This document shows positions 13,901-27,200 of a stretch of 64,000 nucleotides of DNA, piece after piece; the stretch's first letter is position 1; every line of letters begins with the position of its first letter. The notes beneath the pieces were generated by a model, which did not search any database, was not told the DNA's origin, and saw only the letters and a program-made list of their open reading frames with translations. Source of the DNA: Ruditapes philippinarum (lineage: Eukaryota). The stretch lies in contig NW_026854607.1 of the NCBI RefSeq assembly GCF_026571515.1, positions 1 to 64,000 on the forward strand, given 5' to 3'. The position numbers and the translations under genes were made by a program.

Positions 13901-14338
13901 TAGGGAGGGGTAATGCAAAGAAAATCATATTGCGATATAGGGCGACATTTACAGACATATTGCAATATATTGTGATATATTGTGAACTACTAGTATCTAA
14001 CATTCTTGAAAATCAAGGGTTAGAACTATAGAACCACGATTTAAAAGTTTATTGTTCAATAAATATACCCCAATTAGTGGTATATTGTATGTAAGAGGCC
14101 CTTTTATAAATTATTTTAAAAGGTGTTGTTAAAAGTGGCATTTTAAAGGAAGAAGTTTAAGCATTTGTACATAAATTCCATTTGTAGTGAAGTTAATATA
14201 AGTTTCTTTAATAAAATTATATGGTTTTATTTATTGAAAAATGTACAGCTTCAATATATTGCGATATTTTAAACATACTGCGATATTATATTGCCTGAAT
14301 CAAACATATTGGGATATATTGCTCAACCACCCACCCTA
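13901..14338. mobile_element. hAT-like MITE (TAGGG...CCCTA) with subterminal ATATTGCGATAT repeats
   Basis: Termini tagggaggg and cccaccctA; clustered atattgcgatat motifs at both ends; TSD not evident. Confidence 0.55.
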
Positions 14339-14664
14339 AAATACGTCCGTCCAAGGAACAAATTTTCTATAAGATATTGGGCAAAGTATTGGGACAAAAA
14401 TAGATATTACTCACAATAAGCATGACACATGTCACGTGTATATTTATACATTTATTTCATCTTATACCTTAAATGGTACATCAAGAGCATGAGGAATATA
14501 TCATGTTTACAACCCATTCAACGCTTGAATATGCAAAATATTCCTGAACTATATCTTTACTATATACATTACGAAAGTAATAAATGTTTTTGCATATGAA
14601 TTATATATGTATTTCAATAAAATTTAGATATATTTTTGGCGTTTTCAACAACTATAGTCTTTTA

Positions 14665-14969
14665 AGCAGCACGCCTCCAGATTCATGCTAACTTTCATGA
14701 AATTGAAATTGTATTTGACAGTATAATATTGTGAAGTTACCAAAAGAATTACCATAAAGAGGTCAAAATATGCAAAAAAGCCCTTACCGCGTTCGTTAGT
14801 AACGCAGTAGAAATATAGTTATAAATACTGAAAATCTGTCATTAATCGCATATAACATGTAAATTATTACTAGAATTTTCAATCTTTATACTTTTCCTAA
14901 AATCTTAGTACAGTTTTCCCGGGCTTGATTGTATCGAAATATTTTTTGCTCATCTGAAGGCGTGCAGCT
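14665..14969. mobile_element. Kolobok-like TTAA non-autonomous element, family K2
   Basis: AGCAGCACGCCTCCAGAT...ATCTGAAGGCGTGCAGCT|TTAA; homologous to 38676, 40736 and ~50560-50816. Confidence 0.7.
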
Positions 14970-16549
14970 TTAAAATATTCGGGGAAAAATCAAAACAAAA
15001 TGACTTTGATGCGATTCGTGCTGGTTAAATTTGAATTTAAAAAAAAAAACTCATTAAATAAAGGCAAAAATATATCAAAATATCTAGTATTCAGAAAGGA
15101 ACGAAAACGTAATACAATACTTATTTGAGTTATCATATATAAATAACATAATAACTTAAGTTTATCAATAAGATATTCAAATTTAAATTGACAAAGAATG
15201 TAAAAGATTAAAATTTTCAATATTTGAAGATTTTCTTGAGAATTATGACGTCATCAAATGTATCACATTTCCAAAGACTTAGAAATATCGTTTTTGAAGA
15301 TTAAAAACAAAGATTGGTGCATGTATAAAACTGAGATTAATCTCGTGTTTGATGTTTTTGTTTTAATTTCTGTTTGTTGTTGTTGTTGCTGTTGTTGTTG
15401 TTGTTTTGTTTTGTTTATTTCTTTCGGTATCCTTTCGTATTTTTTCTTAATTTGTTTGTGCAAGCATAATTTAACCACTAACATATCTACGTATTGATCA
15501 TAATTGATAGAGGCATCCATTCTTGCTTGACCAAGTATTTAACTAGAGTTTCTTAACCCCACCATTTTTCACTTATATGTTACTTAACTTTGTATGTAAA
15601 CAGGAAAAATTTACTTGATCCGGATCATTTCTTCGAAAGAATGTGCATGTATGTTCGTATTCATTTGTACGACGATAATTTAATTTTGTTATCTGATATT
15701 TGTACGTTTATGTGCGGTTTGAACATAATAGGTCTTTTCTCAAGTTTTCCAAGAATTTTATTAGTACTTTTCTTGGTAACTAACACTTAAAAATGAACAA
15801 GTGACGGTAATTTATAACCTGACCTATATAATTATATATTAAATTCCTTGAAATACTAAATCTTCATAAGAGTACATTAGATATAAAAAAACATGTTTAT
15901 TTATATTATATATTACTCTTAACCTAAATTTGTATATATGATGAATACAGATTGGTTTGAGTTTACCACACATTCATTCAACATGTTCAAGATTAATTCA
16001 AAATAGAGAGGTTGAGCTACCGCCTGGTCAGAAAATGCAAGTAATTGCAGACTGACCTGGGTGTATACTGGGTGTATATTAGTGGAAAAGGCGAATCCGT
16101 TTCTGTAAGTAGCGGATGATTCAAGTTGCATGTCTCAAGATGAGCCAAAATATTTCAAGAAAATCAAACTTGAGTAAAATGTACAAAAAAAGAAGAAGAA
16201 GATTAAAAAAAAAGGAATTCAAGGTTATAATGTATATGTTATGTGGGAATTGTGACTGATTTTGCTGTATTATCACCATAATTTATTTCTATTATTGTAA
16301 TATATACATAATCACAATAAACAGACAAATGTGTTTAGAAAGAAGTTAACAACAATGTATATGTTTGGAAAATTTATTGTCAGCGTTTTTTTTATTTTTG
16401 AGCTAAATATTTTTGTATATAACACGAAATGTTGTTCGGTCACAGGTCATTAATAGGATAGGTGCATCAGATATAGAAATAATAACAATAACAACAACAA
16501 ACATCATATTCATTTGTAGATCACATATATAAAGCGTGAAAACATAAAA

Positions 16550-16784
16550 GAGCCGCGTCACGACAAAACCAACATAGTGCGTTTGCGATCAGCATGGATC
16601 CAGACCAGCCTGCGCATCCGCGCAGTCTGATCAGGATCCATGCTGTTCGCTATCAGTTTCTCTACTTGTTATAGGGTTTGTAAGCGAACAGCATGGACCC
16701 TGATCAGACTGCGCGGATGCCCAGGCTGGTCTGGATCCATGCTGGTCGCAAGCGCACTATGTTGGTTTCGTCGTGACGCGGCTC
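16550..16784. mobile_element. 235-bp palindromic MITE (Sola-like), full copy
   Basis: GAGCCGCG...CGCGGCTC, 235 bp; flanks AAAA/AAAT. Confidence 0.92.
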
Positions 16785-17504
16785 AAATGATTAAAAACTG
16801 GCGACGTTTCAATGGTGGTTTAATTCAGTTACACTTATGAAATTCTTTTCTTGTTTGAAGTTGTAGTAACTGTTTTTTTTTTCTTTGTTTTATTTATTTA
16901 TTTGCTTTTTGTTGTTTTGTTGTTGTTTTTTTTTTCCTTTTTCTACCTTGTTTTTCTTGAAATTTTGCCATATTTACCTGAAGATGTATTTACTGAATTT
17001 CATGACACTTTAATTATCAACATTTTTATATATAATGTTCAAACCTTCCTTAAAAATTATCAAGTTGGTATTCTATACCACAAAATAGACAAACAAGTCT
17101 AGCAAATACTCCTTTTATATCTAACAGTTCAATAAGTGTCTGTGAACTGGTTTCCGAGGAGAGGGGAGCGTTCAGTGCAACTCAATTATTGTTTATATTA
17201 TAATTATTATCTTATGCTTTTAAGTGAGATATTTTTTATATCAGTAGTATACGAAAAAAAATGGTATTAAACTGACTGCATTTGAGAGTGAAATATAGAA
17301 TTTTGGCTTTTTTTTAATGAATTGTAATAATTATAAAGACAAGTGGAATTCAAAGTATAGAAGGCAAACTTTCTTCTTCTTTTTTTAAACAAAAAAGAAT
17401 ATTGAACGTATCTCACTTCGATGTGATATTTCCTTATATTTTCACTCGTGTCTTATTCTCTTGAATATAGTCCTTAGTGAGATACAGCCCATTTTCACTA
17501 AAGG

Positions 17505-17797
17505 TCTTGTTTTTATTACAGTGTCACCCCTACTGAATGGGCCAGCCATTTCTGACTTATGAGACACCTTTTGCTTGCATACTTTGTACCTCCAAACTCC
17601 TACCACTATGCCAGGCCCCAGGCGGATAGAAATCGGTATTAAACATTCACTTTAACTACCTCGCGGCTCACGAAGCGGCCATTTCGGAATGAGTCCCACG
17701 AGAAACATTCATTTTTGATTAACGCTCTCCGTCGGACTCGAACATTCGACCTCCCGATTCAAAGGCGGACACCTTAACCACAAGACCAACGGCACCA
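17505..17797 (-). mobile_element. tRNA-derived SINE
   Basis: Minus-strand head GGTGCCGTTGGTCTTGTGGTTAAGGTGTCCGCC..GTTCGAGTCC (A and B boxes) followed by a non-tRNA body. Confidence 0.65.
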
Positions 17798-17832
17798 GGT
17801 CAAGCAACTTTGTTCTGGTTAATTCATTTTAA

Positions 17833-18198
17833 AGGCACATTATGCCCAAGAATCGAGTAAAAATTTTATTTATTAGAAAGGGCAAACATGAGTGTCGTAA
17901 CATGAAATAACTATTTTAGAGCATGTTAGATGCTTATTACCTGAAAACAAATAGTGCTAAATGTAAAATTTGTCTGTCATTAAAGTAGTAAAATAATAAC
18001 AAAGTACTCTTTGGACTATCATACAAAATACTAAATCACTATAATTGTACTAATTGCCAAACAGCAACAGAAGCAAAAAATGATTCAGGGATTGGCGAAT
18101 GAGTAACTTTTCCGGAAACTTTCAAGGGACGCCAGAAGTAAAATCTTTGAGAAATAGAACTAAAAGAGAAAAGCATTCTGGGGCATATAAATTGGCCT
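17833..18198. mobile_element. Kolobok-like TTAA non-autonomous element, family K1 (~366 bp)
   Basis: TTAA|AGGCACATTATGCCCAAGAAT...ATTCTGGGGCATATAAATTGGCCT|TTAA; relatives at ~13510-13802, 30099-30390 and 52907-53255. Confidence 0.72.
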
Positions 18199-19246
18199 TT
18201 AAATTCGTCTGTAACGATATAATTTGTTCATTAGTTTTGCAAAGTAATTACGTTCTTCTATTTTCTGAGTAATTATGGTCATTTTTAGTTTATGAAATTA
18301 ATTTTAGTTTTGAATAGAATGTGCTAAGCATAAATGGCTGTGCGGCATACAGTAAAAGGGTAGCCGAATGAAATCAAATGTATAAAATACGTACTGCTTA
18401 TATTATTTAACCCTTACCTACTGGAACAAGAACAAGATCAGTATAAAGCCGAGCCAGCCTTAAAACCCGTACCGTCTGACCAGGCTCGAGCTCGGTACTA
18501 TTGGCCGACTAACTTATATTTTCATCTTGATATCTTCAAAAATTAGTAATTGACAGCTTTAAAACTGGATTATGGACAAGTCAATTTTAAAATATTCAGC
18601 AGGTGAAGCGTGAGACACATTTCTTTCAACAATGACTGAGCATGCGCAGTGTATACATTAAATATTTAATAAACAACATAACATGAGCCACGTTAAAAGG
18701 TAAATAATATTCTTATACGTGATTATGAAACAAAAGATAAAAAAGAAAAGAATAAAAACTAATTACTAATTCATAAGGCGGTATTTTTTATATCTACGAG
18801 CCCACATCTCGGATACATTTGAGCCTTTTGTACGTTAACCAACCGATTTATCTGGCATGGTATAAACTATAAACTGACGGAAGATAATATATCCCCACCC
18901 CCGCTATCACCGACATTCCTCGGGGATTAGGGGCGGGTACATTGGATTAATACATAAGTAAATGATAAAGTTATAAAAAGACTCAATTAAGAGACTTCTA
19001 AATAAATAAAGTTAAAAGATAAATGGTCAAATGGTTTGTCAAAAATTAAAAAAGAAAACACCTGAAACCTATAGACCTACATTGAAATAGAACAGCCGCA
19101 AACTTTAGCGAAAACAAACATCCCGTTTCTTTAGAAGTATACGTCATTTTAAGATAAGAATATTTGTTTTTACAAAACATAAACTTCAGCAAAAATTACC
19201 TCGAGCCTTTAGTTATTCTTACACCGATGAAAATCACGCTGTGGGG

Positions 19247-19307
19247 GGACTTTATCCTGTTTGTTGTGTGGGAAGTATCTTCCCACACAACAAACAGGAT
19301 AAAGTCC
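19247..19307. repeat. Perfect 29-bp inverted repeat with a 3-nt loop
   Basis: GGACTTTATCCTGTTTGTTGTGTGGGAAG-TAT-CTTCCCACACAACAAACAGGATAAAGTCC. Confidence 0.95.
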
Positions 19308-19379
19308 TCTAACAAGATACACAGTCCTCGTAAAAAATAACAATACTGAAACTGCGTGATACCTGCATTTTTCTTTTTC

Positions 19380-19573
19380 GGTTTGGTTTAAACATATTTT
19401 TCTAATCTCGTTTGCGAAACAAGTTCTTGCAACTTATATTTATAACTTTCGATTCCTGGAATCAGCCAATACTGGTGTCATATTAAGAAACATGGTCGTG
19501 ACCCGATTAGGGCTCGGATCCAAGACTCCTGGGTTGAGAAACAGACACCTTAACCACTAGTCCACCACTCCCC
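19380..19573 (-). mobile_element. tRNA-derived SINE (related copy at 58975-59129)
   Basis: Minus-strand head GGGGAGTGGTGGACTAGTGGTTAAGGTGTCTG..GATCCGAGCCC, followed by the body and an aaaccaaacc tail. Confidence 0.65.
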
Positions 19574-22500
19574 TTAATTTATAGTAATTTTAGAGGTGTT
19601 AGTGGTCTCAAAAATCAAACTTCGATTGTCTTTACTGATTTTGGATTTTAAGTATCAATAGGTTTGAATCCAATGTCAAAGGTGACAATATGACCTAAAT
19701 AAAAGTGTTATACTTGTCCTGCATTTCTGATATTTTTTCGGCCGTAAGCTGTATGAGTTTATCTTGGCTTCCGGTGAATTTTGGAACTAGTCGCCGTCAT
19801 TGTATCCGTCTATGTGATACCAAAACCAAACCAAAAACACCATAGCTGTCAGTCTTTCGCCGAATATATATAATATAATGTGTATATATAAACGAATATT
19901 TATTTTCACAGTCTTTCTTTCTTATTGACACTAGGATATGGATAACTACATCGGTATTTTTCAAGAATATCGCATACCAGCTTACTTGTATTTAATTATT
20001 GCCATTATTCTTAATATAAATAAGACAATTCAATCTTCTTTTATTTCTTTATTATATTAAGTCATTTCCAATCACATATTTATGTAAAAAAACACATTCA
20101 ATATAAAGTGGTTAAATTTCTTATTTCTGTCAGAATAATAAAAGTTTAACTTACAAACTGTTAGAATAGTATAGTAATTAGTATAGTATTTAGTAGAAAG
20201 AATTGTTATTTGTTCGCATGTAGTTCGAATATACTTTCAAAACGTATACATAACTAAAATGTTTTTAGTTTAGTCAACGGAAGTATAAAGTGCACACCGG
20301 AAGATAGAATATATATTTCAACGAAAACAATCGCGCCAATGCAGTTTGCTTTTTCACATTATCGGCTTCCGATCAAAATTGATAGCACTTAAGTTTGAAT
20401 AGTTGGTAAATGAAGAAAGACAATCATTCAATATAAGCTTATAAAGTAAGAAGTTTCGATTCATGATCTATTTTTAGCTTTTCAGGCGGCAGGATTGTAC
20501 TTCATTCCACGATATCTGCTTTAATTAAACCAGCCAATCGCCGGATACTTCCTTATTTGGTTAGAATGATTATGCAAATAAGGTTAAATGCACGCGCTTT
20601 ATCAATGCTTGTGTTAACGATATTAGTTATATTTTAAGGATAATTTATCCATTGATTCGTTTTTTTTCAACTCGAGTCCAATAGTACTAACTATTAAAGC
20701 AATTTGTTTGACTTTTAAAACCATGCCATAACACCCCACCCACCCACACACACAATTTACATCAAAGGAATGCGATAATGCCCTTATAAATAATTAAACT
20801 AGCACAAATGTTTCAATGTATTTGTATGTTTTTTGATTGTTTATCAACATAAACATCTTTTTTTCTTAAAGTTATAGTTTCCGAAAACGTCTACACAAAC
20901 ATCGAAAGGGTACTTCTTTTAAAGCACATTCAACGGCAAAGAATGAAAGGAATGAAAAAGAAAGTAAATGATCTATGAACATGCATATATCTGTCATAAA
21001 CTTTAAAACCTGCACCGCAGATGTGTATTTTATCTTATTATATTACATATAATAAACAAAATTTGATTATTAAAGTGACAAATAAAAATGAATCTTGAAT
21101 CACATGTAGAAGAGTTGAAAACTTAACCCAAAGCAAGTCTAAACAAAATTGCAAAGAAAATTGAAGTTTTGTATGAAGGATAACATATTTCTTGTGATTA
21201 AATTTGTAAAATTTGAAAATTTAGATGAAGACTTCTAGTATTTTATTATTTCATAGGCTGCCAACTTAACGAACATTTATAGCTGGCGAACTTTGTGAAG
21301 TTGAAACCGATGTTCACAACGATTTCATGTTAGCATCCACCGTATCCAGCAAGTTCTCATTTAATTTGCGAGATTTTCCGAGACTATGTTTAATATAAGA
21401 AAATTTACAAATTTACCGATACGCCTCCATGATATAAATTTTTTTTTTAGGTTATCAAAAGAATTATATAAAAAATAAAAAGAAAAAATATATATAAATA
21501 ATGTTGCAGAAATGTAAAAATAGCAAAAAAAGATTAAGTATATTATTCTAAGTAATGGATTTAAATGTAAACACATCCGGTAACGTGAAACAAGATAGCG
21601 GAAATTGATCAACTCCAAGGGCCAATGAATTTCGCGCAAGAGACTGTGGGTCTGGATTGGAAATTTTTATTTTTTTTTTGAGCTTCTTATCCCTCTGCAA
21701 TATAAATCTCTAATAACCGCATGCGTAATTAAACAGAGAATGATCACCTGTTAAAAAATGGGATGATGTTAAATTGTGCTATAATAAATTGCCAAGCATT
21801 ACCAATTTAGTACATGCTCAAACAAACGGAACTGAAAGGCTGAGCAATCTTATAATTATGTTAATCAAAATTCAGGCCTCGACACAAGCGGTGGTCCTTT
21901 GGTCCGAGACCACCTGATTTTGACAAGGACCATCTGATATTAAGATCCAGTGGTCCGGTTACACCTCATCTGCTAAAAAGTAAGGCCTGGATATCATACA
22001 CCCAAATTGTTGCTAACTTTCAGAAACAGTAGGGAGTGAACTTGTATGGAACCTTGGCGATGAAGATGATATTGAAATTGTAGTTGACTGTATATGAAGA
22101 GATGTAAAATCTCATGTGGTATAAGAAGAGGTTCCGGGGAATGCCTTGACACAATTATTGCGCGAGTGTCTAGATGACACGGAGATGTAGGCGTGCATTG
22201 TATCTGAAGTTTGAAGGGGGTTGGTACAGGGGTGAGAGGGTTGGGTGGGCTGGGGCTAGAACAAACATTAATCTAGGAGCTATATATTAACATACAATAC
22301 AAAAAGTGAAATATTCTTCTTTTTTTTTTAAAGTATTTCTATCATACTGTATGTCATATAGGTTAGATTTCTAGTGGGCTGGTTAATCGAATGACTTCTT
22401 ACAAGTCTTTTATCTTGATATTTGTTATGTAGGTACCCTGCTCGTGTCTCAAGTTTCTTCGTCGTCGTCAATGGAGATTTTTCTACATTACAGACAGATG

Positions 22501-24082
22501 ATGTTACTTTATATATGGTTTAATCCGTCTTGGGCGCAGTCCTTGGCTCGTGTTTGTGATTAAAATATGATTATAGTTCTCCTATGCGATGGAAGTCTGG
22601 CTCTCTTTTTCTGTATTATTTTATTCACGTTGTTTTGAATGTTTTTAGGTTCTTCAACCATTTTACATAAATAAAAAATAAAGACTGCGTGAAAAAAAGC
22701 AAAATCGCAATTGACGACAATTATATTAACACAAGCCGGTGCTAGGGAGCGTGATAGATGTTACACTTTTTCATTATTCCTCATAATACATACTCATTCA
22801 AACCGAGTCTGCATTTTTCACGTATTTTTGCTGGATAGATCGCTTTTTTTCCAGATATTGGATGTAAATTATTACTTAAATATGTTAATATTACTCAAAC
22901 ATAGTTAAATAAGTTCAACACTGCGAATAATGTTTAGAATAGACCTTTGTTCTAGGTAGAACCATATTTCTCTTAACTTAATCATGATTTAATGTATCGT
23001 TCATTCAGCTGCTGCTTGTGTTACACATCTTTAAATATGAATAAAATGTGCCCTGTTACAAACTGACTTTTAATTTCTAAGACAAAATTTCTAATTCATA
23101 AGTCTTTTTTTAACCAATTTTTAACACAACAGAACCTCCTTTTTCATTAAAGAACTACTCGGCTTCCGTAGTTAAGATACGTTTTTTTAAAAAAATAAAA
23201 TTGAAATAAATACAGAAAGTGACGCAATATTCAAAAGACGCCATATTCATGTTGCGTCACTTGATTAATATATTACAACAGTTATCTTTAAATACTATAA
23301 TTTCATATTGTTATGTGAACATATTAGGAATTAATATATCAACGTATGAGATTATTAGCCTATATTTCAAAAACGGCGTTTATTGGTCCATAAAAATTAA
23401 TATGCCATAAAATTTTAACAAATAAAAGGATGTCTTATTTAGAAATTTCTGCCAATATGCATATGATTAACAATTATCTTTTATTACAATTATTTTTATA
23501 TATTAACGTTCATTGATTGGTCAACACACTGAAACCGGAATGCTTTCTGTTGAACCTTGGAACAATATAGATCTATTACTATTAGTAATGCTTCCTGAAA
23601 AAAAAAAAAAAAAAAAAAAACGCACCGGGAATTTACACTTAAATCCGCATAAATATGGGAGAAAATACTTTGGAAAACCACGTCGCTTAAAATAGCGTCC
23701 AATACACGGATTACCATGGTATTCTGACATGATCGGCTTATATATACATGTATATTTATACCTTTGCTGCGTTACCAAGCAGTTTTAACTGTTTCTTTGC
23801 GACATTAAGAGACGATTAAACGATATTTAAAATCGAATAAAAAATGTCTAACGTTGATCTAATCAATTAGCGTTATTTTGAAACGGGTACATGATTCAAC
23901 GACGCTACCGGATTTTGTAATTTTAAAGCGTGATAAAATTTCTAAATTTAGCCTATATAAATGAGGGGAAAAACTATAAATAGACATGAAATATATGGTT
24001 AATTTGTTCCGATAAAGTGACTACATTACTGTTTTTCATAACGATATAAAATAGAAACCACGAAGCATTAAATATTTACACC

Positions 24083-24116
24083 TGACGTCATGGCGCATGC
24101 GCAGTAGTTTGTTTAC
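24083..24116 (+). promoter_or_regulatory. Putative CBX proximal promoter: CRE (TGACGTCA), NRF1/EWG-type site (GCGCATGCGCA), forkhead core (TGTTTAC)
   Basis: TGACGTCA at 24083-24090, GCGCATGCGCA at 24093-24103 and TGTTTAC at 24110-24116, clustered about 80-110 bp upstream of the ATG in a CpG-retaining patch. Confidence 0.55.
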
Positions 24117-24195
24117 AAGCTGTGTTTCATTTACTGCGTCATAAAATCATCGGCTGGTCGATATAGTTTAGTGTTATTATATCGAAGCTGCTACG

Positions 24196-24249
24196 ATGGC
24201 GGATCGTGTTTTTATCGCAGATTACATAAAAAAGAAGCGACGTAGAAAG
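24196..24249 (+). CDS. CBX: CBX exon 1 (MADRVFIADYIKKKRRRK)
   Basis: ATG at 24196; donor AAG|GTAAAA at 24250; matches the chromodomain start (ERVFAAE.I.KKR.RK). Confidence 0.92.
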
Positions 24250-27200
24250 GTAAAAATTGTTTTATTCTTTTCATTAACCAAATATCTAACATTTGACTTA
24301 ATTTCAGCGGCTGACAATTTGTAAATTTTCAGATATTAGCGTTAATAAAATGCCGGTATGGCGACATTCGCCATTAAGCTTTGAACAGTGATACTGCTGT
24401 ATTCATGAAGGATAAGGTTCAATAAAAGTGCAGGGTTGTTTTGCTTCTTAACGAAAAAACATTTCCATGATATTGTTGTATCACGCAAAGCGATGTAGGA
24501 ATAATTTGCACATATATCTTCAGACATTAAATGTATATTTCACCACATCATGTAAATGGTATACATGCATGCATTGCTGATAAATGTGATTTTACGCGTT
24601 AATTTATCAGAGGCGGAAAGCCGGAAACTTAACATACGGTTACGTAAGCTTAGAGAAAGTGCAATATACATACAATGTCACTGTATAATCAGTTTCGTGC
24701 GGTTTCTATTTTGCCATATTTCATTTATTAAGTGTTGTCTTATTTTAGAAGTAGAATACATGGCATTCGTAGGAGTAAAATCACGTAGATCTATCAATCG
24801 TATTTAAAAATGAACTTATACAGTTAAATAAAAAAGATTCAAACTTATTAAGACCATACATTAAAATGTCTGTTGTTAATGGATTTTTTCTAAGATTTAT
24901 AATTATAACAATTGTTAAAAGACACCCCGATGCTTATAGATAGATGATAGCATCATTCTGCGATTTCGACCTGCACAAGAAAAATGATGTCATCTTTTGT
25001 AAAAGTGAAAATCAGAGTCAGTTACAGTGTCGGTTTAATATTCGTATTTATAAAACCATAAATTTTCCTCCCGGATATGTATGTTCTTGTCTATGCAGCT
25101 GTGCGGTTTTACATACAAATATTAAACCTTGTATACAGTATAATTGCTTAAATGTGTTTTACTGATCAATAATTTCCGCCATGTAATTTATATAACCTAG
25201 CGTTGCATTTGAACTGTTACACTACCACACGTGTACTTATTCGTACACTCACACAATAGGTGAAGATGACTAGATTTAATAGATAACGAATTTAAGTGTT
25301 TTGTTTCGATTCCGGTATCAGTGTTAACTTTAAACCACGCTGAAATAAGATGAGATAGAACTCGCTAGAACATGCACTGAGCGTAAAGGTTTCGTTTTTC
25401 GTTTCGGTTTAATTGAGAGAAAAAAAGAAGTAAGAAAACGTGGCGTTGGCGTGGTTTATATATTTACATGTAAAATACAGGTTTAAACGATGTATATTTG
25501 TACTTTTATATTCAGAATGACATGCTTGCATTCAGTATAATATTCGGTAAGCACTGTCACGCACTTATGTGCACCCATCAAGCACCCGTCTCTCTCCCCA
25601 TACCATATATAAGTAATTAAGTTAGGATAATAACTATTTTATACATGTACCATGCAAAAAGGTGAATATACACGCGGTTTCATTGTCGTATAAGGTAGAT
25701 CTACTAAATCTTACGTAGAAAACATGAGGACTTTATAAAGGAATGGTACAGAAAATACATGTATGATTTTGTAGTGGATGACTAACATAATTTTATTGAC
25801 CGTTAACTTTTATAGCATACATGTAACATATTGTGTTGGAGCATAGATATCACTATGTCCTTGACCTTTAAGAATTAATTGTATTTCTTTCTTTTTTTCA
25901 GGGAAATCTTGAATACTTGGTGAAATGGAAGGGATATCCAACACGGTAAAAATATCAAACATTTCTTTTTCCACAACGGTATCTCTTTCTTCAGTTTTAT
26001 ATCACCTGGTCATATAGCACTCTTGTGCCCCTCTGCGCATTTTTTCAGGCACGAGCGGGTACCTGCGTAGAGGTATAAACTTCCGGTAAACTCGATGCAT
26101 AGTTTCCTCCCTGAAATGATTCCAAAGCCTAAGTCAGGATTCAAACCTACAGACGGCTAAGGGGTCAAGTGATTCCAAGCCGGTGACCATAATGACCATA
26201 CCTCCGAGCCAATGGATCGCCACGCAGTTGTAGTTATAGCGCTCGTATGGGATGGGCGTTGGTCCTCGTAGCCAGATGTCAAATTAAGATATTATTTGTA
26301 TACGAAATGCTTATCGTTATGGTTTTAAGAAATGTGAAGGTAACAATTCTAAGTTAAAAAAAATGTTTTAAAATTCCGACAATATGGAAATTGGCGGATG
26401 AATAAGTGCTAAATATAAGATTATGAATATATCTTATTTCTTATATCCGCATTCGAGACTGAACATGAACTATTATAATAATTATCATCTTTTTGCTGAT
26501 GTATTGATTCAAGAAAAGGTGTCTTTAATTCTGTTCCTATATATAGTACACGTTCGATATTGCGAGAAATATGACATTTACACTACATATACTTGCGAAT
26601 ATGACATTTATCTATGGGATTAAACTATGACATCATACTTAAGATAATGTCAATACCTGGTCAAATGTTAATTATTATGTCTCCCCCACCTCGGGGGGAG
26701 ACATATTGTTTTTGCCCTGTCCGTCCGTCAGTCCGTCCGTCAGTCCGTCAGTCCGTCCGTCCATTCTTCGTTTCCGGACGATAACTAGAGTTCCTTTTGA
26801 CCTACAGCTCTCAAACTTCATAGGATGAATGGTCTTATTGAGCAGATGATCCCTATTGTTTTTGGGGTCAGTAGGTCAAAGGTCAAGGTCACAGTGACCG
26901 TTGGTCAATTTCTCGTTTCCGGATGATAACTAGAGTTCCTTTTGACCTACAGCCCTCAAACTTCATAGGATGATTGGTCTTATAGAGCTGATGATCCCTA
27001 TTGTTTTTGGGGTCAGTAGGTCAAAGGTCAAGGTCACACTGACCGTTGGTCAATTTCTCGTTTCCGGATGATAACTAGAGTTCCTTTAGACCTACAGACC
27101 TCAAACTTCATAGGATGATTGGTCTTATTGAGCAGATGATCCCTATTGTTTTTGGGGTCAGTAGTTCAAAGGTCAAGGTCACAGTGACCGTTGGTCAATT

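Noticed and set aside
15258-15520. Poly-Q / poly-C ORFs
   Set aside because: Translations of a (TTG)n microsatellite in AT-rich non-coding DNA.
15919-16131. Minus-strand exon MQLESSATYRNGFAFSTNIHPVYTQ with a GTCAGT donor
   Set aside because: Plausible splice signals, but I could not link it in frame to other exons or recognise any homology.
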